DNA from: Giardia intestinalis
Lineage: Eukaryota
NCBI GenBank assembly: GCA_000002435.2
Contig: CM018790.1
DNA length: 64,000 nucleotides
Reading direction: 5' to 3' (one strand)
Shown: piece by piece, positions 43,985 through 53,458 of the stretch
How positions within the stretch are numbered: position 1 is the first letter of the stretch
How the letters are laid out: each line of letters begins with the position of its first letter
Notes under the pieces: model-generated
Told to the model about the DNA's origin: nothing
What the model saw: only the letters and a program-made list of their open reading frames with translations
Database searches by the model: none
Translations under genes and position numbers: made by a program

Positions 43985-46684
43985 ATGCTCAAGGCTATCG
44001 ATGCACTGGTCCTCACCCTTTCAGAGACTGGTGGAGTGACGCCCGAGCCCCCAAGGCCAAGCCCCTATGTTCCGCTCCAAGAAGTATACACCCACTGGCA
44101 TCCCGTTTTTCAACAGACACCCCACGATGCTGACATCTTCAGTCAGGAGTGCTTCACAGGCATGCATGAGTATGTACAGAAACTGCTCGCACGTGAAACT
44201 GAGTTACGTGAAGATGATGAGACCAAGGACACTGCAGCACCTATGCCCTTGTCTCTAGAGCAGACGACCTTCGGTCTCCCCTCAGGGGTTATTGCAAATC
44301 TGCAAGTCAAAGATTTGTTGCCATGGCAAAGCGAGCTCCTATTGAAAACAGTGCCCCTAGAGACTCAGAAAGATGAGTACGTTCCCCCGTGTTACCGCCA
44401 CATCCTCATATCAGCGCCAACGTCGGCTGGAAAAAGCCTGGTGGCATTCATCTATATTCTACGATGTCTATCTCTGTGCAAGAAGTCTGCCATCATTGCT
44501 GTTCCCTTTGTTGCATTGGCTGATGAGCTTGTTGGGAAACTGAGGGACATCATTCCTCCGGGTTGTGGAGTAGTCGGGATCACTGGGATGAAGCAAGTGC
44601 CACGGGTCTCGGGATCTAGACCCATAATATATGTGTGTACATTTGAGAAAGCTATTCTTGTCTTCAGCAAGTTTCTTCAGAAAGGGTTGGTGGCACATCT
44701 AGGGCTACTTGTGTTCGACGAAATCCATCTCATAGGGGACGGGTCTACTCGAGCATGCAAGTTGGAGCTCTTCATTAGCCAGCTTATCCTATTGGAAAAA
44801 ACTGCACGCATCCCAATTTGTTATCGGATCGTGGGCATGTCTGCAACCCTCAGTAATATTTCCGATCTTCAGCGGTGGCTTGGTTGCTACGTGTATGAGT
44901 GCAACTTCCGACCGATTTCTCTTCAAGAGTATGTTCTTGTAGACAGAAACCTATACCTTTTCAATGCCCAGACCAAGAAGCTCGAGCCAAGAGGTCAAAT
45001 CCTCGTTAACTCTCCAATTACAAAAGTCAAGCTCAACATATCTCCTTTAAATACTATTTCTTTGATTGCACTGAAACCGCTGATCATATTTGTGACTACT
45101 AAGCATGAGACCGTCGATGTGGCAAACTCCCTAGCCGAGATAATACGCACAAGCTTCCCTAGCCCGCCCGCTGAACTCATAGCAAAGCGCACTCAGCTGA
45201 TCACCGAGCTGAAGCAGCTGGGCGATGTCTCCTGGGCACCCCTCATCTCAGCAGGGGTCATGTACCACAATTCATCACTGGCGTCTTTGGAGCGTACACT
45301 TATCGAAGAGGCATTTTCAAACTCAGTTATTCACACCCTTGTTGCAACCACTACGATCTCTGCAGGAGTCAATCTGCCTGCACGGTCAGTAATCATTCGA
45401 TATCAGAAGATTGGGTCTATAGAACTGGACGGAGCTAAATATCGACAGATGATAGGGCGTGCGGGTCGCATGGGCCTCGCCACCAGCGGCCATTCATTTC
45501 TATTGCTCACCGAGCGGGACAAGAAGGAGGTCTTGGCAAAGTTGAGTGCCGAATCTGACGTAGTCACCGCCACAGAACAGTTGCTTTCGGAGCTGCACAC
45601 GATTCGTCCGATATTATCTAGTCTCTCTAAATCAAGCATCAGCGCAGAAGTGATTCTGAACAGCTGCATCTACGATGTTTCCGTCAGGGAGTTCATAGAG
45701 TCAACACTTGCCCATGTTCAAGGGTCGCTTAAGCACGAAAACGTCGTTCGAGCTTTGGAGGTATTGCAGAGCCTTGGTCTTGTGTCATTCTCAAACGGTA
45801 TTGTGCGCCTTACACCTCGGGGAAGGGCGTGCGTTGATGCAGGAACAGACATTTATAATTCTCTGGTGATCTATACGTATCTTCAGACCTTCCAAACTGA
45901 AGGGCTACTGGTTGGAAACGACTATCATATATGCTGCACAACTATACCAATATATGCATCGATAGTAGCATCTCTCAGTGACCCAACGTCCGGAGAAAGC
46001 GAGTCTACGAAAGATATACCCCCCAATCAGCTCTTTACCCTTCCGTTTCATTTCAGAGAAACCCCCCTTCTGGCACCGAAATATGAGATTTTCTATAATG
46101 TTGCATCTCAAATGGATCCGGCAATCCTTCATCCGACGCTTGCGAAGCTTCATCTAAATATGGACATGATAGAGGCTAAGATGCTAAATAGCAGCGGTCC
46201 CTGCAGCGTGGGCATGGCTGCCGCATACAACGGGCTAGTTACATACACGTTCCTCACCAGGGTGGAAGGGCTTCATGCGGCAGCGGGTCTTGAACGAATC
46301 TTTACGGAAGTGCGTACGCTGTTTGGGATTGATGGAGGGTCACTTGAGGCATTGCTGAAGCACTCAATTCAGCAAAGCAATGCAATGGCACAGTTTTCGG
46401 ACAGCCTTGGACGTACAACCACCGCACAGGTTTATCGACTTCTCGCAGATAGGCTACGAAGGATTACCCTAGATGATCTCTCTGACCTGCTGGCAATCCC
46501 AGGCGTGGGAGAAAAGCGGGCACGGGCGTTGCGTGATGCAGGCTACCGCAGCGCATGGGATATCATAGAGGCAGGTCTAGATCGGTTAAAGCAAACAGTT
46601 GATTTCGGTCCAGCCACGGAAGCCGCGTGCGTGGTTATTTATCGCGGAGCAGAAAAGTTATGGGACACGACAGCAAATGGATAG
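43985..46684 (+). CDS. Ski2-like superfamily-2 DNA/RNA helicase with C-terminal HhH (Hel308/HELQ-like)
   Basis: Motif I is 'ISAPTSAGKSLVA', motif II is 'LVFDEIHLIGD', motif III is 'GMSATLSN' (SAT-type, Ski2-like) and motif VI is 'QMIGRAGRMG'. The C-terminus has a helix-hairpin-helix 'LLAIPGVGEKRARALRDAGYRSAWDI', as in Hel308/HELQ domain 5. Confidence 0.7.
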   Translation: MLKAIDALVLTLSETGGVTPEPPRPSPYVPLQEVYTHWHPVFQQTPHDADIFSQECFTGMHEYVQKLLARETELREDDETKDTAAPMPLSLEQTTFGLPSGVIANLQVKDLLPWQSELLLKTVPLETQKDEYVPPCYRHILISAPTSAGKSLVAFIYILRCLSLCKKSAIIAVPFVALADELVGKLRDIIPPGCGVVGITGMKQVPRVSGSRPIIYVCTFEKAILVFSKFLQKGLVAHLGLLVFDEIHLIGDGSTRACKLELFISQLILLEKTARIPICYRIVGMSATLSNISDLQRWLGCYVYECNFRPISLQEYVLVDRNLYLFNAQTKKLEPRGQILVNSPITKVKLNISPLNTISLIALKPLIIFVTTKHETVDVANSLAEIIRTSFPSPPAELIAKRTQLITELKQLGDVSWAPLISAGVMYHNSSLASLERTLIEEAFSNSVIHTLVATTTISAGVNLPARSVIIRYQKIGSIELDGAKYRQMIGRAGRMGLATSGHSFLLLTERDKKEVLAKLSAESDVVTATEQLLSELHTIRPILSSLSKSSISAEVILNSCIYDVSVREFIESTLAHVQGSLKHENVVRALEVLQSLGLVSFSNGIVRLTPRGRACVDAGTDIYNSLVIYTYLQTFQTEGLLVGNDYHICCTTIPIYASIVASLSDPTSGESESTKDIPPNQLFTLPFHFRETPLLAPKYEIFYNVASQMDPAILHPTLAKLHLNMDMIEAKMLNSSGPCSVGMAAAYNGLVTYTFLTRVEGLHAAAGLERIFTEVRTLFGIDGGSLEALLKHSIQQSNAMAQFSDSLGRTTTAQVYRLLADRLRRITLDDLSDLLAIPGVGEKRARALRDAGYRSAWDIIEAGLDRLKQTVDFGPATEAACVVIYRGAEKLWDTTANG

Positions 46685-46698
46685 AGGAAATTTAAAAA

Positions 46699-47463
46699 AT
46701 GTCGGAAAGAGAGGGGTTTTTGGCTTCTATAACCCTCAACATACGCGCAGTCATGTACGAAGCCGGGGCACTCCAACAAGTGGAGCTTGAAAGCGAAGTT
46801 CTGCGCCGCCTCGGGCTTTATGAAGATACTGCCAAACACGCGACGGTCAAGCGGCGCATATACGATGCACTCTCCACGTTCATAGCGCTGGAGATCATTC
46901 AGAAGGTTAATAAGATGCTTTATTGGAACGGATTTCCTCACTATGGGCCCAAGCCAGATCTACCCGGCTCAGGCAGTGCTGAGGTTCAGTCAAAGTTAGA
47001 TTCTTCCGCCATTGTCACCGAGGATTCCTCTCGCACACTAAACTCGGAGACGAATGAGCATGACCCCGTTGCTGCAGGCATGGATGCTATCGTCCCTACT
47101 GCCGCCGAGGAAGGAGATGACAATGCCTCTGTCGAGGAGCTAGAAGCACAGATTGCAGAGCTGGAAGGACGGATAAGTGTGCTGAGCCAGCAACATGCAT
47201 ACTACACATTTTTCAACAGCCAGGCGCTGCTGTCACCGCAATGGGACCAAGGGGCTCCGCCAGTGCCTCCACCAGTTGCACTGCCCTTCACCGTTATCGC
47301 GGTTCCGTCAGAAGCAGACGCCGTGATCTTTAGCAACCAAAATCACACGCGCATCTCCATTGACGCCAGTATGCAGAACATTACGATCTTATCAGATGAT
47401 CAGATCGTGCAAGCCTTAATACAAAACACAGACAAAAGCATGAAGCCTCCATCTCCTTTCTGA
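46699..47463 (+). CDS. E2F/DP-family winged-helix transcription factor
   Basis: 'VKRRIYDALSTFIALEIIQKVNKMLYWNGFP' matches DP1 '[31 protein letters not shown]' and E2F 'KRRIYDITNVLEGIGLIEK...IQW'. The following coiled-coil 'ELEAQIAELEGRISVLSQQ' fits the dimerisation region. 'aatttaaaaaATG' lies upstream. The gene sits 15 bp after the helicase stop. Confidence 0.65.
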   Translation: MSEREGFLASITLNIRAVMYEAGALQQVELESEVLRRLGLYEDTAKHATVKRRIYDALSTFIALEIIQKVNKMLYWNGFPHYGPKPDLPGSGSAEVQSKLDSSAIVTEDSSRTLNSETNEHDPVAAGMDAIVPTAAEEGDDNASVEELEAQIAELEGRISVLSQQHAYYTFFNSQALLSPQWDQGAPPVPPPVALPFTVIAVPSEADAVIFSNQNHTRISIDASMQNITILSDDQIVQALIQNTDKSMKPPSPF

Positions 47464-47552
47464 ACCCTCTCCTTAGTTTACAGGATGTGTGGGCTGTGTG
47501 ATGGAGTGAGGAATCATCGTCAAAAAAAAGAGAAAAGGAGAAAAATGAAAAA

Positions 47553-47915
47553 ATGCCTGAAGCGGTCGCAACATCCACCCCTTGCCTTGGACCGTACAGC
47601 CCGGCTGTGAAGACCGGGAACCTTGTCTTCGTGTCAGGGCAGCTCGGCATAAAGGACGGCGAGCTTGCCGACGGTGTTCAGGCCCAGACACGCCTCTGCC
47701 TCGAGAATCTGAAGGGCGTTCTCGAGGCTGCCGGCACAACCATGAAGAACGTCGTCAAGTGCCAAGTGTACTTGAAGAACATGGATGACTTCGCCAAGGT
47801 CAACGAGGTCTACGCCGAGTTCTTCACCGAGTCAAAACCTGCGCGGATCTGCGTTGAGGTGGCCCGCCTTCCCAAGGACGCTTTAGTGGAAATCGACGCG
47901 ATAGCCGAACAGTGA
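47553..47915 (+). CDS. RIDA: RidA/YjgF/UK114-family reactive-intermediate deaminase
   Basis: It carries a full-length family signature: '[26 protein letters not shown]', '[22 protein letters not shown]', '[12 protein letters not shown]' and 'VEIDAIA'. Length is 120 aa. An AGTGAAT motif lies 13 nt after the stop. Confidence 0.85.
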   Translation: MPEAVATSTPCLGPYSPAVKTGNLVFVSGQLGIKDGELADGVQAQTRLCLENLKGVLEAAGTTMKNVVKCQVYLKNMDDFAKVNEVYAEFFTESKPARICVEVARLPKDALVEIDAIAEQ

Positions 47916-47960
47916 GACTGTGAGATTAGTGAATAAAACTGGGATTTGTGTTCCTTTAGC

Positions 47961-47999
47961 TTGCGCCACGAAGTCGTGAAGTCACAAAGTCGTGAAGTC
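47961..47999. repeat. Short direct tandem repeat (2 x ~17 bp 'aagtcgtgaagtcaca') in a convergent 3' intergenic spacer
   Basis: 'gaagtcgtgaagtcacaaagtcgtgaagtcacag' lies between the RidA (+) stop and the stop of the 48035..49357 (-) gene. It is followed by the palindromic 'ctgcaggccaactgcag'. Confidence 0.5.
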
Positions 48000-48034
48000 A
48001 CAGACTGCAGGCCAACTGCAGACACGGAGCCGTG

Positions 48035-49357
48035 TCAGGGCTGTTTGGGATTAGCTTGGTTTGTGGGGGGAAGTGGCCGAGAGTCCTTCAGCAACGGCTC
48101 TACACACGTGTGATAAAAGTCTGCGTAGTCCGGCATCTGGGCCAGCACCTTAAGCGGCGGCAACTGGGTCTTTGCACATGCCTGCTGAAAGTCTATTACA
48201 AAGTCCAGAAATTGGGAAGTTACGCTACTGCGAACCGTTACGTATCCCAGTGACCGGGGAACAGCGAAGTCATTGAAATTGGAAATAAATTTGATGTGGT
48301 CGTTGTCCTGGATTGTAGAGTTTTTTAACTTGTACAGGTTGTTCTTGTTGTTCTGCATTAGCACGTCATCGTACAATCTAAAGTCACCGCGCAGCCATTC
48401 ACCCATGTAGCGCCCAGTTTCTGTCGTGCTGCGGGTGTGCGTGCGTTTCTTGGACATGGCCTCCAGGTAATATTTGTGCTCTACCGAGTCCTTTTCAATT
48501 CCCAGATTCTGAGCTTGGGTCTTGGTAAACCTCACCACAGCTAATCGCAGTCGCGAGGGATTGCTTGAATTCCGTGCTTGTGGGTCCAGCTCCCCGCACG
48601 GAATCCTCGTGCAGAAATCAGTAGACCCGGGGACAATGAGTCGGCTAAGATCATTGGACTTCGACTGTTTTAGGCTCAGCTGTTCTAAATAGTACTTCTG
48701 CAAGGCCTGGTGCAGAGAGTCATCGTCAACGATCCATTTGATCTGCGTCATGATACTCTTATGCGTGGTCTCTTGCTCAGGCTTAGCCAGCCGCGACAGA
48801 ACGATATTATTTATAGGTGCTTTGTATTGCTCTATCTCAGAGAGGAGACAAACCCTGAAAAACTGGGTCTTTAAATAGCCAGCTTGTGTCTTGTAGCGCA
48901 GTACGTTGCGAAAGTCGGTATAGGATAGCAAATCCTTGCTGCTAAACTCTATGTTGTGGTCGATGTCGAGACGGAACAGCTCTTTGTCTGTGGTCTGCTC
49001 CTTAACCAAGGTGAAGACCTGCATGTGTGCGAGGATTTTCCCGTCAGCATCCGGTAGCATGGACGCAAGGGTGGGGGGTGAAGAAACAGAGACAGCAGGG
49101 TCTTGTGTGAGCTGGAGAGACGGAGGCATGATGGCGTAGTGGACGATGAAGTTATTATCGTGTTGATTGAAGGAGTTGAAGTGGTAAGACCCTTCAGTCG
49201 GGTACGGATTATGGGCGTCATCACACTCGCCTTTGTACTCCTTGTAATCCTCAGCGTGCGCCGCAGTTACAGCGCCTCCTTGGATCATGTCCATACAGAG
49301 AGACGAATCCTCAAAAGCATGACCGTCGAGTGTACCAGAGGAATGCTGGTAGGTCAT
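48035..49357 (-). CDS. Hypothetical protein (440 aa)
   Basis: A clean ORF with ATG at 49357 preceded by an AT-rich leader on the minus strand. Composition is protein-like with no domain I can name confidently. Confidence 0.55.
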   Translation of the reverse strand: MTYQHSSGTLDGHAFEDSSLCMDMIQGGAVTAAHAEDYKEYKGECDDAHNPYPTEGSYHFNSFNQHDNNFIVHYAIMPPSLQLTQDPAVSVSSPPTLASMLPDADGKILAHMQVFTLVKEQTTDKELFRLDIDHNIEFSSKDLLSYTDFRNVLRYKTQAGYLKTQFFRVCLLSEIEQYKAPINNIVLSRLAKPEQETTHKSIMTQIKWIVDDDSLHQALQKYYLEQLSLKQSKSNDLSRLIVPGSTDFCTRIPCGELDPQARNSSNPSRLRLAVVRFTKTQAQNLGIEKDSVEHKYYLEAMSKKRTHTRSTTETGRYMGEWLRGDFRLYDDVLMQNNKNNLYKLKNSTIQDNDHIKFISNFNDFAVPRSLGYVTVRSSVTSQFLDFVIDFQQACAKTQLPPLKVLAQMPDYADFYHTCVEPLLKDSRPLPPTNQANPKQP

Positions 49358-49529
49358 TCGGGCGTTTTACTGCTCCACAAAACTAAAAAACGCAAAAATG
49401 TATAAAATGTTGTAAGGAAAATTATATACCCCATTAAAAAATTTACAACGGGTAAACATTTTAACATCAATAATCAGTAATGCAATCTGGCAAAAGGAAA
49501 TACAGTTTGCGTAAAATCGGCAAGGAGCA

Positions 49530-51011
49530 TCAATCGGACGACGAGGTATCCGAGTCAATGGGCCCGAGAATCTTCTTATTGATAAAGAACGCTCCTGCAG
49601 GCTTAATGTCCGAGGTAGGCTTGGAAGCGTCCGCTGCAGTCGTGGGGGTTGCCGGCGCCGGTGGCTTTGAGGGAGACACAACCGCTGGAGGTGGCGGTGG
49701 TGGTGGCGACGTCGTCTTGAGCTGTGGCGGCGACGTTGCAGAAGATGCCGCTGCTGGTGCACTCGCTGCCTCTGACGCCGGCTTCAGTGATGCCGATGTC
49801 TGGTCCTCAACCTGAGTGCTCGGAGTAGTGTCTGGTTTGCTTACACTCCCCGAGGTTGATGCCTCGTGAGCCGATTCCTTGTGTTTGTCCTTTCCCTTGC
49901 CTTTGCCCTTAAACAGAGCAGCAAACTTGCCTATGCCCTGTTTGCTCCTGCTCACGCCTGCAGTGCCACACATGTTGCCGGTGATGAGATTAACCAAGAC
50001 GTATCTGAGGGTCTGGTCCCACTTATAGCCTTGAACAGCGACGGGAACCTGCAGAACAACAACGCTTCCTGCTTCGGAGGTAAACATGTGGTGCTCGGGT
50101 ATAGACGCGTTAATGTCTACGTTGCTGATGGAGAGATCCAGGCCGGTGAGACCGGGATACTTCTTGGTTATGGAATCGACCACCTCTGCTTCTGTGGCTC
50201 CTATTACAGCCCCTGCTGATTCAATGAGAGAGGCCGTCAGATCCATAACTGCGTCATCGGTAAACGCGTCTTTCAAAGCACTCGAAGTAATCTGCTGGGA
50301 GTCTTTAACTTCGATCTTCTTGGGAATGCTGGTTCCCGTGGAGCATCGCAGGAAGCCTGCAAGAGGAGCCAGCTGTTCTACCGCGGTATCAGAGATGTCA
50401 CTAATAGAGCTTTTGAACACGTCTGCCCTTGTCTGCGAGGAGCCAAGAAGAATGGCGTTTCCAGCAGAGGTAGCGACCTTCTCGAGGCGCATTGTTTCAA
50501 TTGATAGAGCCGTCTGATTTGCTTTATAAAAGTGGGCCGTAATGGATATAGTTAGCCTGGCAGTAATTGTGACGCTTGCATACGAGAGAAAGCCGCGCAG
50601 AATGGTGGGATCAAACCACTTGGCCTTGTTGATCGACGAGAAGCCGACGGGCCCCTGTACCACAGTCTTTGCCCAAATCCTCCAGTAGTTAGTACGGGCA
50701 TTATCATCTGTCCAGCTTATCTGAGGTTCAGCAACAATAACCTTGGCCGAAACAGGGTCTTTCGAGAGATCAGAGATGAGCTTCGAGACCTGATGGTAGA
50801 TGGACCGGCGTGTGGAGCTGCAAATACATGCATAGGAGAGACGCCTAAGAAGGATGGTTCGCACAACCGCGTCACGTTCCTCCGGGGTTGCATGCTCGGA
50901 AACGGGGAGCTTGCGAGACGAGTGGTAGGTGCTGTCAATAAGGTTGTCATCCTCACACCCGACAGGAACGCCAAGAGTCTTGTATGCGTGCACTGGAAGT
51001 GAGTCACTCAT
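49530..51011 (-). CDS. Hypothetical protein with Pro/Ala/Ser-rich low-complexity C-terminus
   Basis: A 493-aa ORF with ATG at 51011 and AT-rich sequence upstream. The N-terminal ~370 aa are globular-like. The C-terminus 'KGKGKGKDKHK...SPPPPPPPAVVSPSKPPAPATP' is low complexity. Confidence 0.55.
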   Translation of the reverse strand: MSDSLPVHAYKTLGVPVGCEDDNLIDSTYHSSRKLPVSEHATPEERDAVVRTILLRRLSYACICSSTRRSIYHQVSKLISDLSKDPVSAKVIVAEPQISWTDDNARTNYWRIWAKTVVQGPVGFSSINKAKWFDPTILRGFLSYASVTITARLTISITAHFYKANQTALSIETMRLEKVATSAGNAILLGSSQTRADVFKSSISDISDTAVEQLAPLAGFLRCSTGTSIPKKIEVKDSQQITSSALKDAFTDDAVMDLTASLIESAGAVIGATEAEVVDSITKKYPGLTGLDLSISNVDINASIPEHHMFTSEAGSVVVLQVPVAVQGYKWDQTLRYVLVNLITGNMCGTAGVSRSKQGIGKFAALFKGKGKGKDKHKESAHEASTSGSVSKPDTTPSTQVEDQTSASLKPASEAASAPAAASSATSPPQLKTTSPPPPPPPAVVSPSKPPAPATPTTAADASKPTSDIKPAGAFFINKKILGPIDSDTSSSD

Positions 51012-51188
51012 AGATTATAGGGTTTTTTGCAGTTTTTTCAAATGTCCAAACCACAGAGCTATGTCCGCATGCTCTTCGCCCTCCTTTCTCCCTCACGGCA
51101 GCCTTAGCCCTTGATTCGCACAGCTGTTGCCTGCACTCCCTTAATTTACTGGTTCCGCCCCTCTGTGTGCCCCAGAGCGTGACAGAGA

Positions 51189-52007
51189 TCAGTTTAGAAT
51201 GACCCAAGTAACATTACAAAGAGTAAATACCCTGCTATCGTCCTCTGTCGTGACAATAGTATTTTTCTCCACCACAATCCATACCGTATTAGACGAATAG
51301 TACGCCTTTTTGAATGACGATCCAATTGCACCGCTCCAATACTTGGTCATCTCCTTCATCAGAGGCTTAGTTATCTCGACTGTCTCGCCGCCGTATGGCT
51401 TTATTTTGTAAGTCGATATGCGGGAGGTGCCGCCCAGATCTTTGCTTGCAAAGGAGAACGACGACATCAGACTGCTGGCCACTGACAGGCAGCTAGAGTC
51501 CTCTAGCATGCTGCTACTACAAAGCGAAGAAGTACCGTTTGAAGCGCTCTCAAGAAAATCTATGAATTTGCTTTTGGAGGTATCAATCTGCAGTATAACG
51601 CGATAAATAAGAGAAGGGGCAAAGCTAGTCACATATTTGACGTAATTAGACACATATACATGCCCAACGACAAGGATATCGTGGGGCAGCCGGGTCCTAC
51701 ACGGACTCTCTATGGGGCTAGAGGCGTTTGTGGGACCAACTCGATACATGAACGACACCATAGCGTCCTTGGGGGACTCCAACTTGTTTATCGCTATAGA
51801 ATCAATTCCAAGAGAATCCAAGTCTAGATGTGTTTCGGACGGCATATGTTTGTCGGAGAGACAGCAGTTGCAGTCTGGAAAGGATAGTAGTATAGCCGGT
51901 TTGGACTTCTTTAAAGAATTTCTGCCCTTCAGAATCTTTATCAAGTTATGAGTCGAAAAGATATGGTCAACGACTCCCTGAATGGACGCTCTCACCTTGG
52001 CGGACAT
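51189..52007 (-). CDS. Candidate Hus1-like checkpoint-clamp (9-1-1) subunit
   Basis: The 272-aa length is close to the 280 aa of Hus1. The N-terminus 'MSAKVRASIQGVVDHIFSTHNLIKILKGRNSLKKSKPAILLSF' parallels human HUS1 '[43 protein letters not shown]'. This is a family-level resemblance only. Confidence 0.4.
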   Translation of the reverse strand: MSAKVRASIQGVVDHIFSTHNLIKILKGRNSLKKSKPAILLSFPDCNCCLSDKHMPSETHLDLDSLGIDSIAINKLESPKDAMVSFMYRVGPTNASSPIESPCRTRLPHDILVVGHVYVSNYVKYVTSFAPSLIYRVILQIDTSKSKFIDFLESASNGTSSLCSSSMLEDSSCLSVASSLMSSFSFASKDLGGTSRISTYKIKPYGGETVEITKPLMKEMTKYWSGAIGSSFKKAYYSSNTVWIVVEKNTIVTTEDDSRVFTLCNVTWVILN

Positions 52008-52073
52008 AGATTCGCAGCCAAAATTTTTAGTTTAAGATTTTCCCTGCTAAGCCCTATTACGGCTTCCTTTCGT

Positions 52074-52781
52074 TTAATTCAGGGGACTATCGGGAGAGAG
52101 ACCGTGCCGCAGAATAGCAATATTGGTCATAAGCGTTTGCAGCTGAGCATTGAGCTCGGCTAACTCTGCTTCAAGGAAGTCGCGCTTGGAGACCGCGGCG
52201 TCCATTTCCCTTTGCAGCTCTAGAAGATTATTGTAAGCCTGCTGTCCAGGGTCATTTGCGCTCGAAGCTATAAATTTGATGATTTGAGCACTTTCCTGTT
52301 CCCTGCGCTTTTGGACCTTTTGAAGTTCTTCGTAGAAGAACCGGGCTTGGCTTTCCATTTGATCGGCTTTTGTGTTCTGCGCAGCCAGAATTGCCTCTGC
52401 TTCAGCCCGAGATTCGTTTGCGACTGTCTCTGCTTCTGTGATCTGCTTCTGTAGATTTTCTTTTATCATTTTTGCTTCCCTGCTTAGACCTTGCCGCTGT
52501 AGTTTATATTCTGCTGTCTTCTTGGCGGTGGTTGCGATAGCATCATCAACAGATGCCTCCAAATCTTCTATGGCAGATAATTTTGCCGCATACTCTTCTC
52601 GTAGAGCAGCAGAGCGGGCGCTGAACTCGTCTCTTATCGCCTGAAACCGCTCCTGCTGTAGTTTTTTGAGCTCAGCTTCGAATCGTGCCGTCTCGGCGCT
52701 CTTCCAAAGATTGAACTCCCAAGCAATGGCCACATCTCTCTCGTCCTGATAGTCTATAAGGCCTTCGGGGGCTGATTGCAT
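52074..52781 (-). CDS. Hypothetical coiled-coil protein (235 aa)
   Basis: It has continuous heptad-like E/K/A/Q-rich sequence ('ELKKLQQERFQAIRDEFSARSAALREEYAAKLSAIEDLEA...'). ATG at 52781. Confidence 0.55.
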   Translation of the reverse strand: MQSAPEGLIDYQDERDVAIAWEFNLWKSAETARFEAELKKLQQERFQAIRDEFSARSAALREEYAAKLSAIEDLEASVDDAIATTAKKTAEYKLQRQGLSREAKMIKENLQKQITEAETVANESRAEAEAILAAQNTKADQMESQARFFYEELQKVQKRREQESAQIIKFIASSANDPGQQAYNNLLELQREMDAAVSKRDFLEAELAELNAQLQTLMTNIAILRHGLSPDSPLN

Positions 52782-52962
52782 GGGCTACCACGGGTCCAGA
52801 GGTGCTCAAGTAGAACTAAGACAAATTTTGGATTTTGGCGTCTGAGTGTTGCGAGTGGGATTTACTGCGCTCGTTAGCTGCTACAAGACTTTGTTGCGCT
52901 GAGATTAGAGTAGATTACTGTCTGGAGAGTAATGTTGAGCTGGTAGTCGCTGGAGATGAGCT

Positions 52963-53382
52963 TTAGTAGTTGGTCGGCCATGACTCGACCCGCTCGACAA
53001 TGAATCTACCGTCACGTCCGCTTGTTACATTTGTACATGGAGGAACGACACCAGTCCTCGTGGCTCCCAAGTGCCAATCCAAACACTCCACCGGACTGAG
53101 GGAGATGTTGAAGCGGGAGTCGTGTTTGACAACGAAGTGCGAAGCCTGGCCACTATTGCCATCCGTATGTACTTCTCCGTTTGGGTCCACACGCAGCCAA
53201 TATTTAGTGCTTTCTGCGGAGTTGAGCTTAATGTGGTTGGCATCTATGCGATGAACTATAAAAACTGCGTCAGGTCCCTTTCCACCGGTTGCATTGACCT
53301 CTCCTGTCCTCATTATTCTTAGATATTTGCCTGTGTTGCAAGAACGTAGGCGGATCAGCGCTCTGTTAGCCAACTCTATCAT
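52963..53382 (-). CDS. Small protein with fascin/FGF-like beta-trefoil-type sequence
   Basis: 'LRSCNTGKYLRIMRTGEVNATGGKGPDAVFIVHRID' and 'YWLRVDPNGEVHTDGNSGQASHFVVKHD' resemble the repeated 'GKYL...DG.V.A......FT..F..' pattern of fascin and beta-trefoil folds. ATG at 53382 is preceded by 'gggaaaaaataATG'. Confidence 0.4.
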   Translation of the reverse strand: MIELANRALIRLRSCNTGKYLRIMRTGEVNATGGKGPDAVFIVHRIDANHIKLNSAESTKYWLRVDPNGEVHTDGNSGQASHFVVKHDSRFNISLSPVECLDWHLGATRTGVVPPCTNVTSGRDGRFIVERVESWPTNY

Positions 53383-53458
53383 TATTTTTTCCCTGCTTCG
53401 TCACTAACCCTCGCTCCGCATCAGGCAAACGTTGCTTGTGCTAATCTTAGAAATAAAG

